Virus record (IMG/VR): IMGVR_UViG_3300042549_004948
Span: 98,470-162,469 of that record
DNA: 64,000 nt
Source: a virus
Direction: 5' to 3' (one strand)
Shown: positions 37,738-46,371 of the stretch, piece after piece
Layout of the letters: the number at the start of each line of letters is the position of its first letter
Numbering within the stretch: position 1 is the stretch's first letter
Notes under the pieces: generated by a model
The model's input: the letters and a program-made list of their open reading frames with translations, nothing else
The model's database searches: none
What the model was told of the DNA's origin: nothing
Position numbers and translations under genes: made by a program

Positions 37738-37755
37738 ATATTACGCATTTATTAA

Positions 37756-40062
37756 TTAGGCATGACCGTCTCTAAGATTCTTTGCTATCTGAGGAATAGC
37801 GTACAAAGGTACATTTAGTTTAGTCGTATTTTCCATGCAATCCTGGACGATACTGGCCGCTTCTTTTGCTTTTGCGTGTTCTACCTCAATTACTAGCTGA
37901 TCATGGATCTGGGCGCATACCCAGCCATTTATGCCTGATTGCTTAAATCTCCTATTAATAGCAAGCGCAGCTCTATTAACTATTGATGCTGCTAGACCTT
38001 GTATTTGTACGTTGCATCCATTATTTAGACCATTAATATAGTCTCTTGATAAGCTCTTTATTTGATCTACGCCGTATTGTCTTTCCATTTCTTTCTTGAT
38101 ATTCCAGTCAAGTAAGTCATCACCAATTTTATCATAGATGGCTTTTACTTTAGGAAGGTGCCTTATCCTACCAACCTGTGTTTTAATATAGCCGTTCTTT
38201 TTAACAAACTCTTTTGATTTAAGCATCCACTTTTTAAGCTCAGGAAACCCATTAAGATATCCATCTATTAGTACCTTAGCTTCTTTTGTTGAAACTCCTA
38301 GATTCATACCTAGTGCATAAGCTCCCATACCATAAGGAATACCTAGGGCATATGCCTTTGCCTTATTACGAACTTTAGGCAGATGCTTTCTCAAAAAGTT
38401 AGGAGCATTTTTATCAGGAGAGTAATCGCTATATCCTTCAGTTTTAATTGCGATAGTAGAATAGAAGTCCCAGTTATTACGGAATATATCCATAAGACCT
38501 TCATCACCAGATACGTGAGCAAACGCACTCGGTTCTAGAGAAGAGTAATCATCATCTATAAACACATTATGTTCTTCATGAATAAAGAACGCTCTAATCA
38601 AGTTATTATACTCGATAACTATCGGATCATCGTCGCCTTCTTCTTTAGGTCTAGGAAGCTGTTGTGCATCAGAACCATAACGGCCTGATACTGTGCCATG
38701 TTGTTTATAATAGAAGTAATATCTACCGTCTTCTTGAGCATCTAAGAAACGATCCATGTACGTACTCTTGATCTTAAGTAGCCTATTGTAAATACGTAGG
38801 CTTTTTGCCCAGTCATATTTGCCGGCAATTGATTGCACAGTGTCATCATCAAACTGAGGTTTGCCGGTCTTAGTGGTAGACAGAGGTTTAATACCTAGAA
38901 CACCGAAAGCGATTTCACCCATTTGATCTTTAGATTGAATGTTAAAATAGTCTCCGTCATTATCTTCTTTCCACAATCTCATACTAATTTTCATTGACAC
39001 ATCTTTATCAAGTACTGAGGGATCTCCGTGTATTAAGAAGTGTTTAGTAGAACATTCAGGAAGTCTCATTAAAGATGACTTAGTAATACTATATTTGCCA
39101 GTCTTTTCAGACTGCTCTAGATCAAACTTCATTTCTTTTACAAGCTCTTGAGCAAATGTGCCTTTGTTATTAGGAGGGTAAGCTTCAGTTGCTTTCATAA
39201 CAACCCAAGCTCTTACATCAGGCTTTTGTAACAACTCTTTTGTAACGAGAGTTTCATATTCTCGTAGCTTTTCTATAATTTTGGCACGACTAGATTTTAT
39301 AATTTCCATGTCAAGCTTTATGCCAACTTGTTCCATAGGAATAGTAACCTCTTTATACAAAGGCATCACCTCATCTTCAAAGAAGAATTGTTCTAGATTC
39401 TCTTCTTTCAATATAGCCATGAAGTGGTGATACACTCTGAGTGTTAAATCGGTATCTGCTGATGCGTATTCTGATAATAATTCAAGATCTGCTTTCCAGA
39501 TCTCGTAGTTCTCTCTTGTAATTGTGCCACCATTATTTTTGATAGACTCTTTCATTTTGATTTGCTCTTCATTTGCAGCCATTTCAACATCTAGACCAAT
39601 ATGTTTTTGAATCATTTTGGCAATGTCTTTAAGACCGAATGCAGAACCTCCCATAAAGCCGGCGCCTTCCTCTTTTACTGTATGAACGAGTAACATTGTA
39701 TCTACATGGAGTGAAGGAAGTAAATCTATATCATAGAAACATTTGACAAATCTAACGTCAAAGGATGCGTTGTGCATCACAAGCTTTTTTCCAATAAGTA
39801 GTAAGATTGTTTTCTTAGCAAGATCATGAGCAAGCTGCCCTTCGATATGAGCGTCTTGAAGTAGCTCATCTTTGAATATCATTGTAGGCATGTAATAGCC
39901 TTTGCCAACTTCTCCAGATACGGAGAAGCCAATGATTTTACCCTTTCTAGGATTAAGACTATTAGTCTCTGTATCGAATGCGATTATCTCATTGTCTTTG
40001 ATATGCTGGACCATGTCTTTCAGCTTATCAATAGTGTCTACTGTAACATAACTTTTATTCAT
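37756..40062 (-). CDS. polA: family A DNA polymerase (3'-5' exonuclease + polymerase)
   Basis: FDTET, HNASFD, YASAD, TVSGRY, DYSSLE, RNKAKAYALGIPYG, QIHDQ. Confidence 0.93.
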   Translation of the reverse strand: MNKSYVTVDTIDKLKDMVQHIKDNEIIAFDTETNSLNPRKGKIIGFSVSGEVGKGYYMPTMIFKDELLQDAHIEGQLAHDLAKKTILLLIGKKLVMHNASFDVRFVKCFYDIDLLPSLHVDTMLLVHTVKEEGAGFMGGSAFGLKDIAKMIQKHIGLDVEMAANEEQIKMKESIKNNGGTITRENYEIWKADLELLSEYASADTDLTLRVYHHFMAILKEENLEQFFFEDEVMPLYKEVTIPMEQVGIKLDMEIIKSSRAKIIEKLREYETLVTKELLQKPDVRAWVVMKATEAYPPNNKGTFAQELVKEMKFDLEQSEKTGKYSITKSSLMRLPECSTKHFLIHGDPSVLDKDVSMKISMRLWKEDNDGDYFNIQSKDQMGEIAFGVLGIKPLSTTKTGKPQFDDDTVQSIAGKYDWAKSLRIYNRLLKIKSTYMDRFLDAQEDGRYYFYYKQHGTVSGRYGSDAQQLPRPKEEGDDDPIVIEYNNLIRAFFIHEEHNVFIDDDYSSLEPSAFAHVSGDEGLMDIFRNNWDFYSTIAIKTEGYSDYSPDKNAPNFLRKHLPKVRNKAKAYALGIPYGMGAYALGMNLGVSTKEAKVLIDGYLNGFPELKKWMLKSKEFVKKNGYIKTQVGRIRHLPKVKAIYDKIGDDLLDWNIKKEMERQYGVDQIKSLSRDYINGLNNGCNVQIQGLAASIVNRAALAINRRFKQSGINGWVCAQIHDQLVIEVEHAKAKEAASIVQDCMENTTKLNVPLYAIPQIAKNLRDGHA

Positions 40063-40105
40063 ACTACTAATTTACAATAAGAAAATGAAAGGAAAAAATA
40101 AAATT

Positions 40106-41125
40106 CTACAGTAATTCGTCTTTGAGCATTAATTTCTTAGCTTCTTCGTAGTCTACTTGATACTCTTTTCTTCTAGACCTTACTTCTTTTATAATACCTA
40201 GCTCAGAACACAATACTATAAAGTTTCTTACTTCGGACTGAGTGCATCCTAACTTTTGATTTTTTACTACAGAAATTAATTTACTAGCAGATATGGTTTG
40301 ATCTCCCTTTAATTTTTTCCCTGCTTGAAAATATAGTTTTAGGAATTTTAAGTTTAGTTCTAGTTGCTTGTATTTAGGAGTTGATAACAGTTGTTTAGTT
40401 TCATTATAAGAGCCTAATAAATAGAATGAATTAAAGCCTACGCCTAAAATGATAATGAACTCTAGAAAGAAAGTCATGAATACAAATGCAGTGCCGTTCT
40501 CTTCATTCTTATCTATAACTAATTTAGATTTATCTTCTGTTTTAACTTCTATCTTACTTAACTTTTGATCTTTAGTAATTTGTAAGGCAGCTACAATAGA
40601 ATCTCTATATTTTCTATCTTGTCTGGTTTTTGCAGGCTGTATTCTATAATACTGTATTTCTTGATCGTAGTATCTAGCTATCGAGTCTGCTTTTATTGAT
40701 ACACTCTGATCTATTGTTTGTTGAATTTGTTCTGTTGAATCAACTAGTCTATGAGCACCGTTCAAAGAAAGATAAAATGATCCCGCTACAAGACCTATAG
40801 ATGCTATTAAACCGAAAAGTAATCCATAGGTGAACTTTCTAATCTGTAGAGCAGAGATAGTAAATTGCTGTACTACAAATCTTTTAGTTAGTTCATACCC
40901 TGTAAGGAATAACCCTATAAAGATTGCTAAGAAAATATCTTGATATGGAAATAAATCAGGGAGTGTATCTGTAATAGATTTAATAAAGAAGTATCCAAAG
41001 TAAATCAAAAAGATATTACCTAGAAAAGAGAAATAGTATAAGACTCTATCTAGCGTAAAAAAGTTTTTCTCTAACTTAAGGACTTCAAATTTAACTTTAA
41101 GCTTTTCAAATTGTTCTATTTTCAT
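40106..41125 (-). CDS. multi-TM membrane protein with coiled-coil
   Basis: Three N-terminal TM segments, a soluble loop, then a fourth TM. Confidence 0.65.
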   Translation of the reverse strand: MKIEQFEKLKVKFEVLKLEKNFFTLDRVLYYFSFLGNIFLIYFGYFFIKSITDTLPDLFPYQDIFLAIFIGLFLTGYELTKRFVVQQFTISALQIRKFTYGLLFGLIASIGLVAGSFYLSLNGAHRLVDSTEQIQQTIDQSVSIKADSIARYYDQEIQYYRIQPAKTRQDRKYRDSIVAALQITKDQKLSKIEVKTEDKSKLVIDKNEENGTAFVFMTFFLEFIIILGVGFNSFYLLGSYNETKQLLSTPKYKQLELNLKFLKLYFQAGKKLKGDQTISASKLISVVKNQKLGCTQSEVRNFIVLCSELGIIKEVRSRRKEYQVDYEEAKKLMLKDELL

Positions 41126-41127
41126 AA

Positions 41128-41310
41128 CTATTTTTTATTTTTATCATAGGGAACCATCTTATTTAGTTTTGTTCGCCTTCTATCGCAACCGCAATCTTCT
41201 TTACCTAATAATTTAGCTATTTTATCTGCTAGAATATCTAAGCCTGTAAAATGTGTAAATTTTGCTATGGTATCACCTAAACCCTCAGATTTTTTTATCT
41301 TCTTTTGCAT
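41128..41310 (-). CDS. small conserved phage protein
   Basis: GLGDTIAK...DCGCDRRR..LN. Confidence 0.65.
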   Translation of the reverse strand: MQKKIKKSEGLGDTIAKFTHFTGLDILADKIAKLLGKEDCGCDRRRTKLNKMVPYDKNKK

Positions 41311-41494
41311 CTATCTTTTTTTCCATTTTTTCTAATATAGTGCCAGATGAAACAGCAATTATGCTTACTTGAGTCCACATGCTAGATATCTCTTTTTTAA
41401 GTTTAGATATAGATATCCATTGAAAAACCTGAATTAGCATAAGAATTAAAACTACGCCTAGATACACATATTCAGGATTAATTGTTATTGTCAT
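41285..41494 (-). CDS. small membrane protein
   Basis: N-terminal TM helix. Confidence 0.55.
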   Translation of the reverse strand: MTITINPEYVYLGVVLILMLIQVFQWISISKLKKEISSMWTQVSIIAVSSGTILEKMEKKIDAKEDKKI

Positions 41495-41517
41495 AATATT
41501 ATTTTATTAAATATAAA

Positions 41518-41697
41518 CTATTCTTCTGATTCTTTTTCATTTATTTTTGTAGTACCTTTTATATACTTTGGATAAAAAGGACAATGGCGACATTTATTTC
41601 CACAGCAAAATCCTCTATCTAAATGAAATTGTTGAGTAAATATTACTTTGCCTTTCTCTAGATAGTAATGAATACCATCTATTAACTCTTTTTTCAA
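41518..41697 (-). CDS. DUF5522-like Cys-rich small protein (not in ORF track)
   Basis: TTG start, 59 aa: ...HYYLEKGKVIFTQQFHLDRGFCCGNKCRHCPF... Confidence 0.8.
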   Translation of the reverse strand: MKKELIDGIHYYLEKGKVIFTQQFHLDRGFCCGNKCRHCPFYPKYIKGTTKINEKESEE

Positions 41698-41724
41698 CTT
41701 GATAAAATTTGATTAAAAAATAAG

Positions 41725-42609
41725 TTAGTAGTTTAAAACTTGCTTTACTAAAGAAACATAGTTATCTACTACAGTTTTAATATCACTATCTGGAATTGCT
41801 AATGACGATGTTCTACTTAATAAAGTAACCATAGCTAGTATTTCACTAGAGGATCCTGTAGCATATAAAGCAGCTCCTTGCAATTGAGTTCCGACTAGAG
41901 AGCTAGATACTACTGTACCGAATACAGATCCCCAATTAGGATGTCCTAGTAAAACATACACATCACATATTGATGGGTCTGCTGATTGTCCATGTGTCTG
42001 GCGGTAGGTTGCGTAAGTTGTAAACCCATTAACTACTGAGCCAGAATATATGCTTCCTGATATTAGAAATCCAAGGCCGTCAGCTCCAATATTCCCTGCT
42101 TTTTGAAATCCTATCGGTCCTGATCCACTTCTAGCCCCTATTAATGTTAATGGGTGAAATCTTCCATTTTGGTTTCCGCTTGGGAACGAACCAGTTGATT
42201 GACTGTATCCTAAAGACGCATAATAAAAATTTGTATCAGTTAAAGTAGCAGATTGAGAACTATAGTTTAATGCAGGGCTTGGTATAGGTATAGTACTACC
42301 ATTTGTATAGTTTGTGTTATTACGTAACCATGGCGCTGTATAATTGCCATTATCAAACATGTCATTACCTCCATCACTTATTTGGTAAGCATTTCCGTCT
42401 AAGAAATATGTAAAGAAATTTGGGTTTCTTAAGCTACCACTATTAGCTCTTAAATAAGGTATGATAGTATCTATTTGAGTATAAACAGATCCTGTAACAG
42501 AAGGAAGACTCGACGTTATACTTGCATACAAAGCAAAACTTCCTCCTATGCCTAGATTTTGAAGTGATATCTGTCCTTGGTTATTATTATTTATAAAGCT
42601 TATAGGCAT
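41725..42609 (-). CDS. putative virion structural/fibre-associated protein
   Basis: Ser/Gly/Thr/Asn-rich with many (S/T)GS motifs; ATATTTAT upstream. Confidence 0.5.
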   Translation of the reverse strand: MPISFINNNNQGQISLQNLGIGGSFALYASITSSLPSVTGSVYTQIDTIIPYLRANSGSLRNPNFFTYFLDGNAYQISDGGNDMFDNGNYTAPWLRNNTNYTNGSTIPIPSPALNYSSQSATLTDTNFYYASLGYSQSTGSFPSGNQNGRFHPLTLIGARSGSGPIGFQKAGNIGADGLGFLISGSIYSGSVVNGFTTYATYRQTHGQSADPSICDVYVLLGHPNWGSVFGTVVSSSLVGTQLQGAALYATGSSSEILAMVTLLSRTSSLAIPDSDIKTVVDNYVSLVKQVLNY

Positions 42610-42624
42610 GTAAGAATAAATATT

Positions 42625-42647
42625 AAAAAAGCCCTCCGAAGAGGGCT
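42625..42647 (-). terminator. UUCG terminator, copy 3 of 3
   Basis: AGCCCTC-TTCG-GAGGGCT followed by a T tract. Confidence 0.85.
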
Positions 42648-42668
42648 CTTATTCTTTTTTTATATTAA

Positions 42669-43853
42669 TTATACTAATCTTATCTGTATGGCATTTCCAT
42701 TTCTATATAGACCTCCTAATGGAACTCCGCCGGATGCTGCTGCTGCATCGTCCAAAAAGTTTAAACTAGATGATACGTTAGTTAAAATAGTATATCCTCC
42801 TGTATGTGTGAAAGATCCTGATGTGTTCAAAGAACCCGTTATATTAGCAGATCCAGTTATGCGTAGGTTTCCTGTTATTCTAGTATAATTATTTATATTT
42901 GTACCTAGATTTGTATTATCTCTAGATAAGAAACTGCCTGTTACTGTTAAAGCGTGGTAAGTTCCAAACTGGAAAGACCAATCTGTAGCAGCTTCAAGGT
43001 TACTCAAATTACGATTATTAGTAACAATCGTAGAATATCCTGCTTCGTATATATTTGTGCTTGAATTAAATTCAGATATACTAGAATTAAAGGCTATTTT
43101 TATTGCTGGAGAAGCTTTTGCAGGAGATTGAAAATTATTATACTCCAGTCCTATGCCAAGATCGCTTGTTACGTACTTGGTATTTTGAAATATTCCCGAT
43201 CCAACTACTGCATAAGATACAGTCCAATCTGTTGAAATAACTGGTTGAATACTACCTGTAGTGAACCCCGGATTAAAAATACCTCTATATGTAGGAGTGC
43301 CCGCTAAATATCTACCTGATATATAATCGGCTCCATAAAGACTTGTATTTAAAGAATCTACAAAACCAATACTACCAGAAATATCAAGATTTCCAGATAC
43401 TATAGAATTTCCTAACTGTAATCCGCCTGATACCGAAGACAGAGTACCTTGAACAATACCTGCTCCATTTATAAAATTTATAGTTCCATCAGAAACGTAG
43501 ATATCTTTCCACGCATTAGTTGCAGAACCTAAATTAAATGAAGACGTAGAAGATACTCCACTTACCGCTGGTATAATAGATCCACTTATTAAAAGAGATC
43601 CTGATATAGATTGGGTAGACGACGCACTACCTGTGGTAATAAATGAAGACGTATTAATAGTGTTTCCACCGCCTAAAACATAGCTAGCTGTTATTGCAAA
43701 AGATGCGCTTATAGATGAACTTACTTGAGTTAGTGAATCTGCTAAATTTTTTGTAGTTATTTTTGATGTAGTTGATCCTGCTACAGTAGGAAATATGTCT
43801 GATGAAACTACTGAAGTTACTGCTGGTAATGCACTAATTTTTATGTCTGCCAT
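42669..43853 (-). CDS. tail-fibre-like protein
   Basis: MADIKISALP N-terminus, NLGSATNAWKDIY trimeric-fibre motif, C-terminal AASGGVPLGGLYRNG. Confidence 0.65.
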   Translation of the reverse strand: MADIKISALPAVTSVVSSDIFPTVAGSTTSKITTKNLADSLTQVSSSISASFAITASYVLGGGNTINTSSFITTGSASSTQSISGSLLISGSIIPAVSGVSSTSSFNLGSATNAWKDIYVSDGTINFINGAGIVQGTLSSVSGGLQLGNSIVSGNLDISGSIGFVDSLNTSLYGADYISGRYLAGTPTYRGIFNPGFTTGSIQPVISTDWTVSYAVVGSGIFQNTKYVTSDLGIGLEYNNFQSPAKASPAIKIAFNSSISEFNSSTNIYEAGYSTIVTNNRNLSNLEAATDWSFQFGTYHALTVTGSFLSRDNTNLGTNINNYTRITGNLRITGSANITGSLNTSGSFTHTGGYTILTNVSSSLNFLDDAAAASGGVPLGGLYRNGNAIQIRLV

Positions 43854-44116
43854 TATTCTATTATTAATTTATTATCGTTCTCTGCAGTCAGAACATCATT
43901 AGATTCTGTATTAAGATACGTAGATATTACCGGAGTCGGAGGAGCACTTTCATTTGTTCCAGGAAGTATATTATTTACCTGTTGGTTTGCAAATGAAAAA
44001 TTAGATGTTATACTAGGGGCATCTTCTCTTTTGCCTCTAATATAATACTGAGTTTGAGAACCGACTGGTTTTGCTAATCTGGTTTTCTTAAGTAGATCTA
44101 TTAAAAAGTCTGTCAC
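43853..44116 (-). CDS. small hypothetical protein (probable paralogue of 46105-46329)
   Basis: FLIDLLKK...NNILPG. Confidence 0.55.
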   Translation of the reverse strand: MTDFLIDLLKKTRLAKPVGSQTQYYIRGKREDAPSITSNFSFANQQVNNILPGTNESAPPTPVISTYLNTESNDVLTAENDNKLIIE

Positions 44117-44142
44117 TACAAGATTTATAATAAATATCTAAC

Positions 44143-45999
44143 TTAGACTATTTCACATGCCCCGCCAGCACAGGCTAATTCTCCTTTTTGGTCTGTATTG
44201 TCTACAAATTCAATAACTTTAGATAGATCTACTGAATGTAATGTACTTATCATTTCATTAAACTTCTCTTCGGTTATAGTCTCAAAAGGTGCTTGAACAT
44301 AAGATCCGTTGTCGTGAGGAAGACAAGACAGGGCAGTATAGTTGTTTCTATTTGCCCAGGCCCATTCTCCTACCTCTGGCCACTCTTCTGGCTTTAAGCT
44401 AATGGTAACTGATACATTGTGGGTATTGCGGCCGGTTCTATGCCCAGGTTTAATCCATTCTTTGTGAAGCTTTTCTACTCTACGAAGTAGATCCATTGCA
44501 GATTCAGATCTAGTGATTGCCTCTTCTGGTGCCTTTTGTGGTACGGATACTACTGCTTGTGATTGTGGCTTGAAGTATTCATCTTCAACTAACTCTGGAT
44601 GGTTTACTATTAGATGCGTATATAATGCTTCATTTTTACCTAGTCTCATTCTACGAACATAGAAGTTATCATGCCAGGCGTGAACACCGGATGATGTGCC
44701 TAAAACCATAGATGTAGTTCCAGAAGGTTTTACTGTTGTACAACGAGCAGCTTTATTAATGCCTAAAATTTTAGCGACTCTTTCATTTTCTTCTTTAACA
44801 ATAGTCGCTGCTTCTTTCATGTTTAATTTAAGCACTGCTCCTGAAGCAATACCTGTCATACCGACTCCAATCAATGCATCTTTTTCAGTTGTTTTTTTCC
44901 ATATATCACGAAGATAGTGGAAGTCTGTATAAGAGGCTTGTAAAGTTCCGATGAATGCAGCTGTTTTAACTCTATAATTTAAATCTTCTTGAGATTCAAG
45001 ATTTGATACATTAACTTCACACAAGTTACAAAATTGAAATGGCTTAAGTGCAATTTCAGCGCATGGATTAGTTCCCCAATCTTTGTCATTGGTTAAGAAG
45101 AAGCCAGGTTCACCAGCATTAGATAATTCAATCTTTTTCCAAAGATCCATAAACTCTTCTTTTTGAATACGATCACGAAGTATTACGGCTGAATTATTAG
45201 CTCTGCCTCTTTGTGGATTTGCTTCCCACCAACTTCCAAACTTAGATGTAAGCATCTCGTCATCGTTGAAAGAAAATAGGCTAATCAAAGCTGCACGACG
45301 AATACCTCCAGACAATACCGCATCTGCAATATAGCAAATGATGTCATGGCATTCAATAGGAGTTAGTTTATCTCCGGTATCTTTACGGTCGAGTATCTTT
45401 TGTATTTGAAACAAACACTCTTTTAATGGCTCAGGCCCAGGGGCTTTACCTCCGGCTGTGATCAACATAGATCCTTTTGGTCTAACATCACGAAAATCAA
45501 ATTTAGGTTTGGCTCCACCTACTAAGTAAGACTTCATCAACAGTTTTACTGCATCAGCCCAACCTTCAATAGAGTCTCCGACCAAGAAGCGCTTTTCTTT
45601 AATTGGCTTGATAACTTCAGGAAGTTTATCTACATGGTGTTTTTGTACAGAGTAGCCAACGCCGCAGCCTCCTAAAAGAAGAAACATTACTTCTGAAAAT
45701 ATACGCCAATCATCAACAGGAGCAAAAGAACAATTAAATATACGAGCATTATTAATTTCAATGGGCTTGCCTGCAAATTGCATGGAGCGCATAGACGGTA
45801 AAATCTTTTTATCATAGACTAATTTATAAGCTTCTTGAATTTCGTTAAACAGAAGAGGAAACTTGTTTTGATGCATCTCTTTATTTCTTGTAACAATTTC
45901 ATCCCACGTTTCACGCCTTTTGGATTCCGGTAAATATTTGGCGTATTTATTGTACACCGTAATTTCCGATAGAATTTGCTGCGTGATGTCCATTTTCAT
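44143..45999 (-). CDS. nrdJ: class II (adenosylcobalamin-dependent) ribonucleotide reductase, monomeric type
   Basis: LPSMRSMQFAG, FNC, GGIRRAA, TNPCAEI, QFCNL, VKPSGT, ACAGGACEI; no small subunit nearby. Confidence 0.92.
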   Translation of the reverse strand: MKMDITQQILSEITVYNKYAKYLPESKRRETWDEIVTRNKEMHQNKFPLLFNEIQEAYKLVYDKKILPSMRSMQFAGKPIEINNARIFNCSFAPVDDWRIFSEVMFLLLGGCGVGYSVQKHHVDKLPEVIKPIKEKRFLVGDSIEGWADAVKLLMKSYLVGGAKPKFDFRDVRPKGSMLITAGGKAPGPEPLKECLFQIQKILDRKDTGDKLTPIECHDIICYIADAVLSGGIRRAALISLFSFNDDEMLTSKFGSWWEANPQRGRANNSAVILRDRIQKEEFMDLWKKIELSNAGEPGFFLTNDKDWGTNPCAEIALKPFQFCNLCEVNVSNLESQEDLNYRVKTAAFIGTLQASYTDFHYLRDIWKKTTEKDALIGVGMTGIASGAVLKLNMKEAATIVKEENERVAKILGINKAARCTTVKPSGTTSMVLGTSSGVHAWHDNFYVRRMRLGKNEALYTHLIVNHPELVEDEYFKPQSQAVVSVPQKAPEEAITRSESAMDLLRRVEKLHKEWIKPGHRTGRNTHNVSVTISLKPEEWPEVGEWAWANRNNYTALSCLPHDNGSYVQAPFETITEEKFNEMISTLHSVDLSKVIEFVDNTDQKGELACAGGACEIV

Positions 46000-46104
46000 T
46001 TTAATTTTAAAAAGTTAAAAAAATAGTTTAGCACTTAGACGGCACTCTGGCCTTCTAGCGTAGTTCAAAACCTATTATAGTAAGATCTGTGTTGTTGCCC
46101 CTAA

Positions 46105-46329
46105 TTACTTAGATCCGGGAAGGATGTTATTAGTAGAGCTGTTTTGAGTTAAAACAGAATTTCCAGTCTTCTGGATCTTAGAGATCGTAGAAGTATTGAT
46201 CTTATTGTACTGATTAGGAGCTTGAGTATTAAGCTGCGCAATTTTATCATTGTACTTAATAGGAGTTGGTGCTGTTCTAAAGTTGTCTCCTTTAAATGCT
46301 TTCTTAAATAGATCAATCAAAAAGTTCAT
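46105..46329 (-). CDS. small hypothetical protein (probable paralogue of 43853-44116)
   Basis: FLIDLFKK...NNILPG. Confidence 0.55.
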   Translation of the reverse strand: MNFLIDLFKKAFKGDNFRTAPTPIKYNDKIAQLNTQAPNQYNKINTSTISKIQKTGNSVLTQNSSTNNILPGSK

Positions 46330-46371
46330 ATCGTCTGTTTTACTGTAATAAATATAGGCTTTTTAGTTAAT

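Noticed and set aside
46040-46056. CAGAGT loop as an iron-responsive element
   Set aside because: Lacks the bulged C plus 5-bp upper stem
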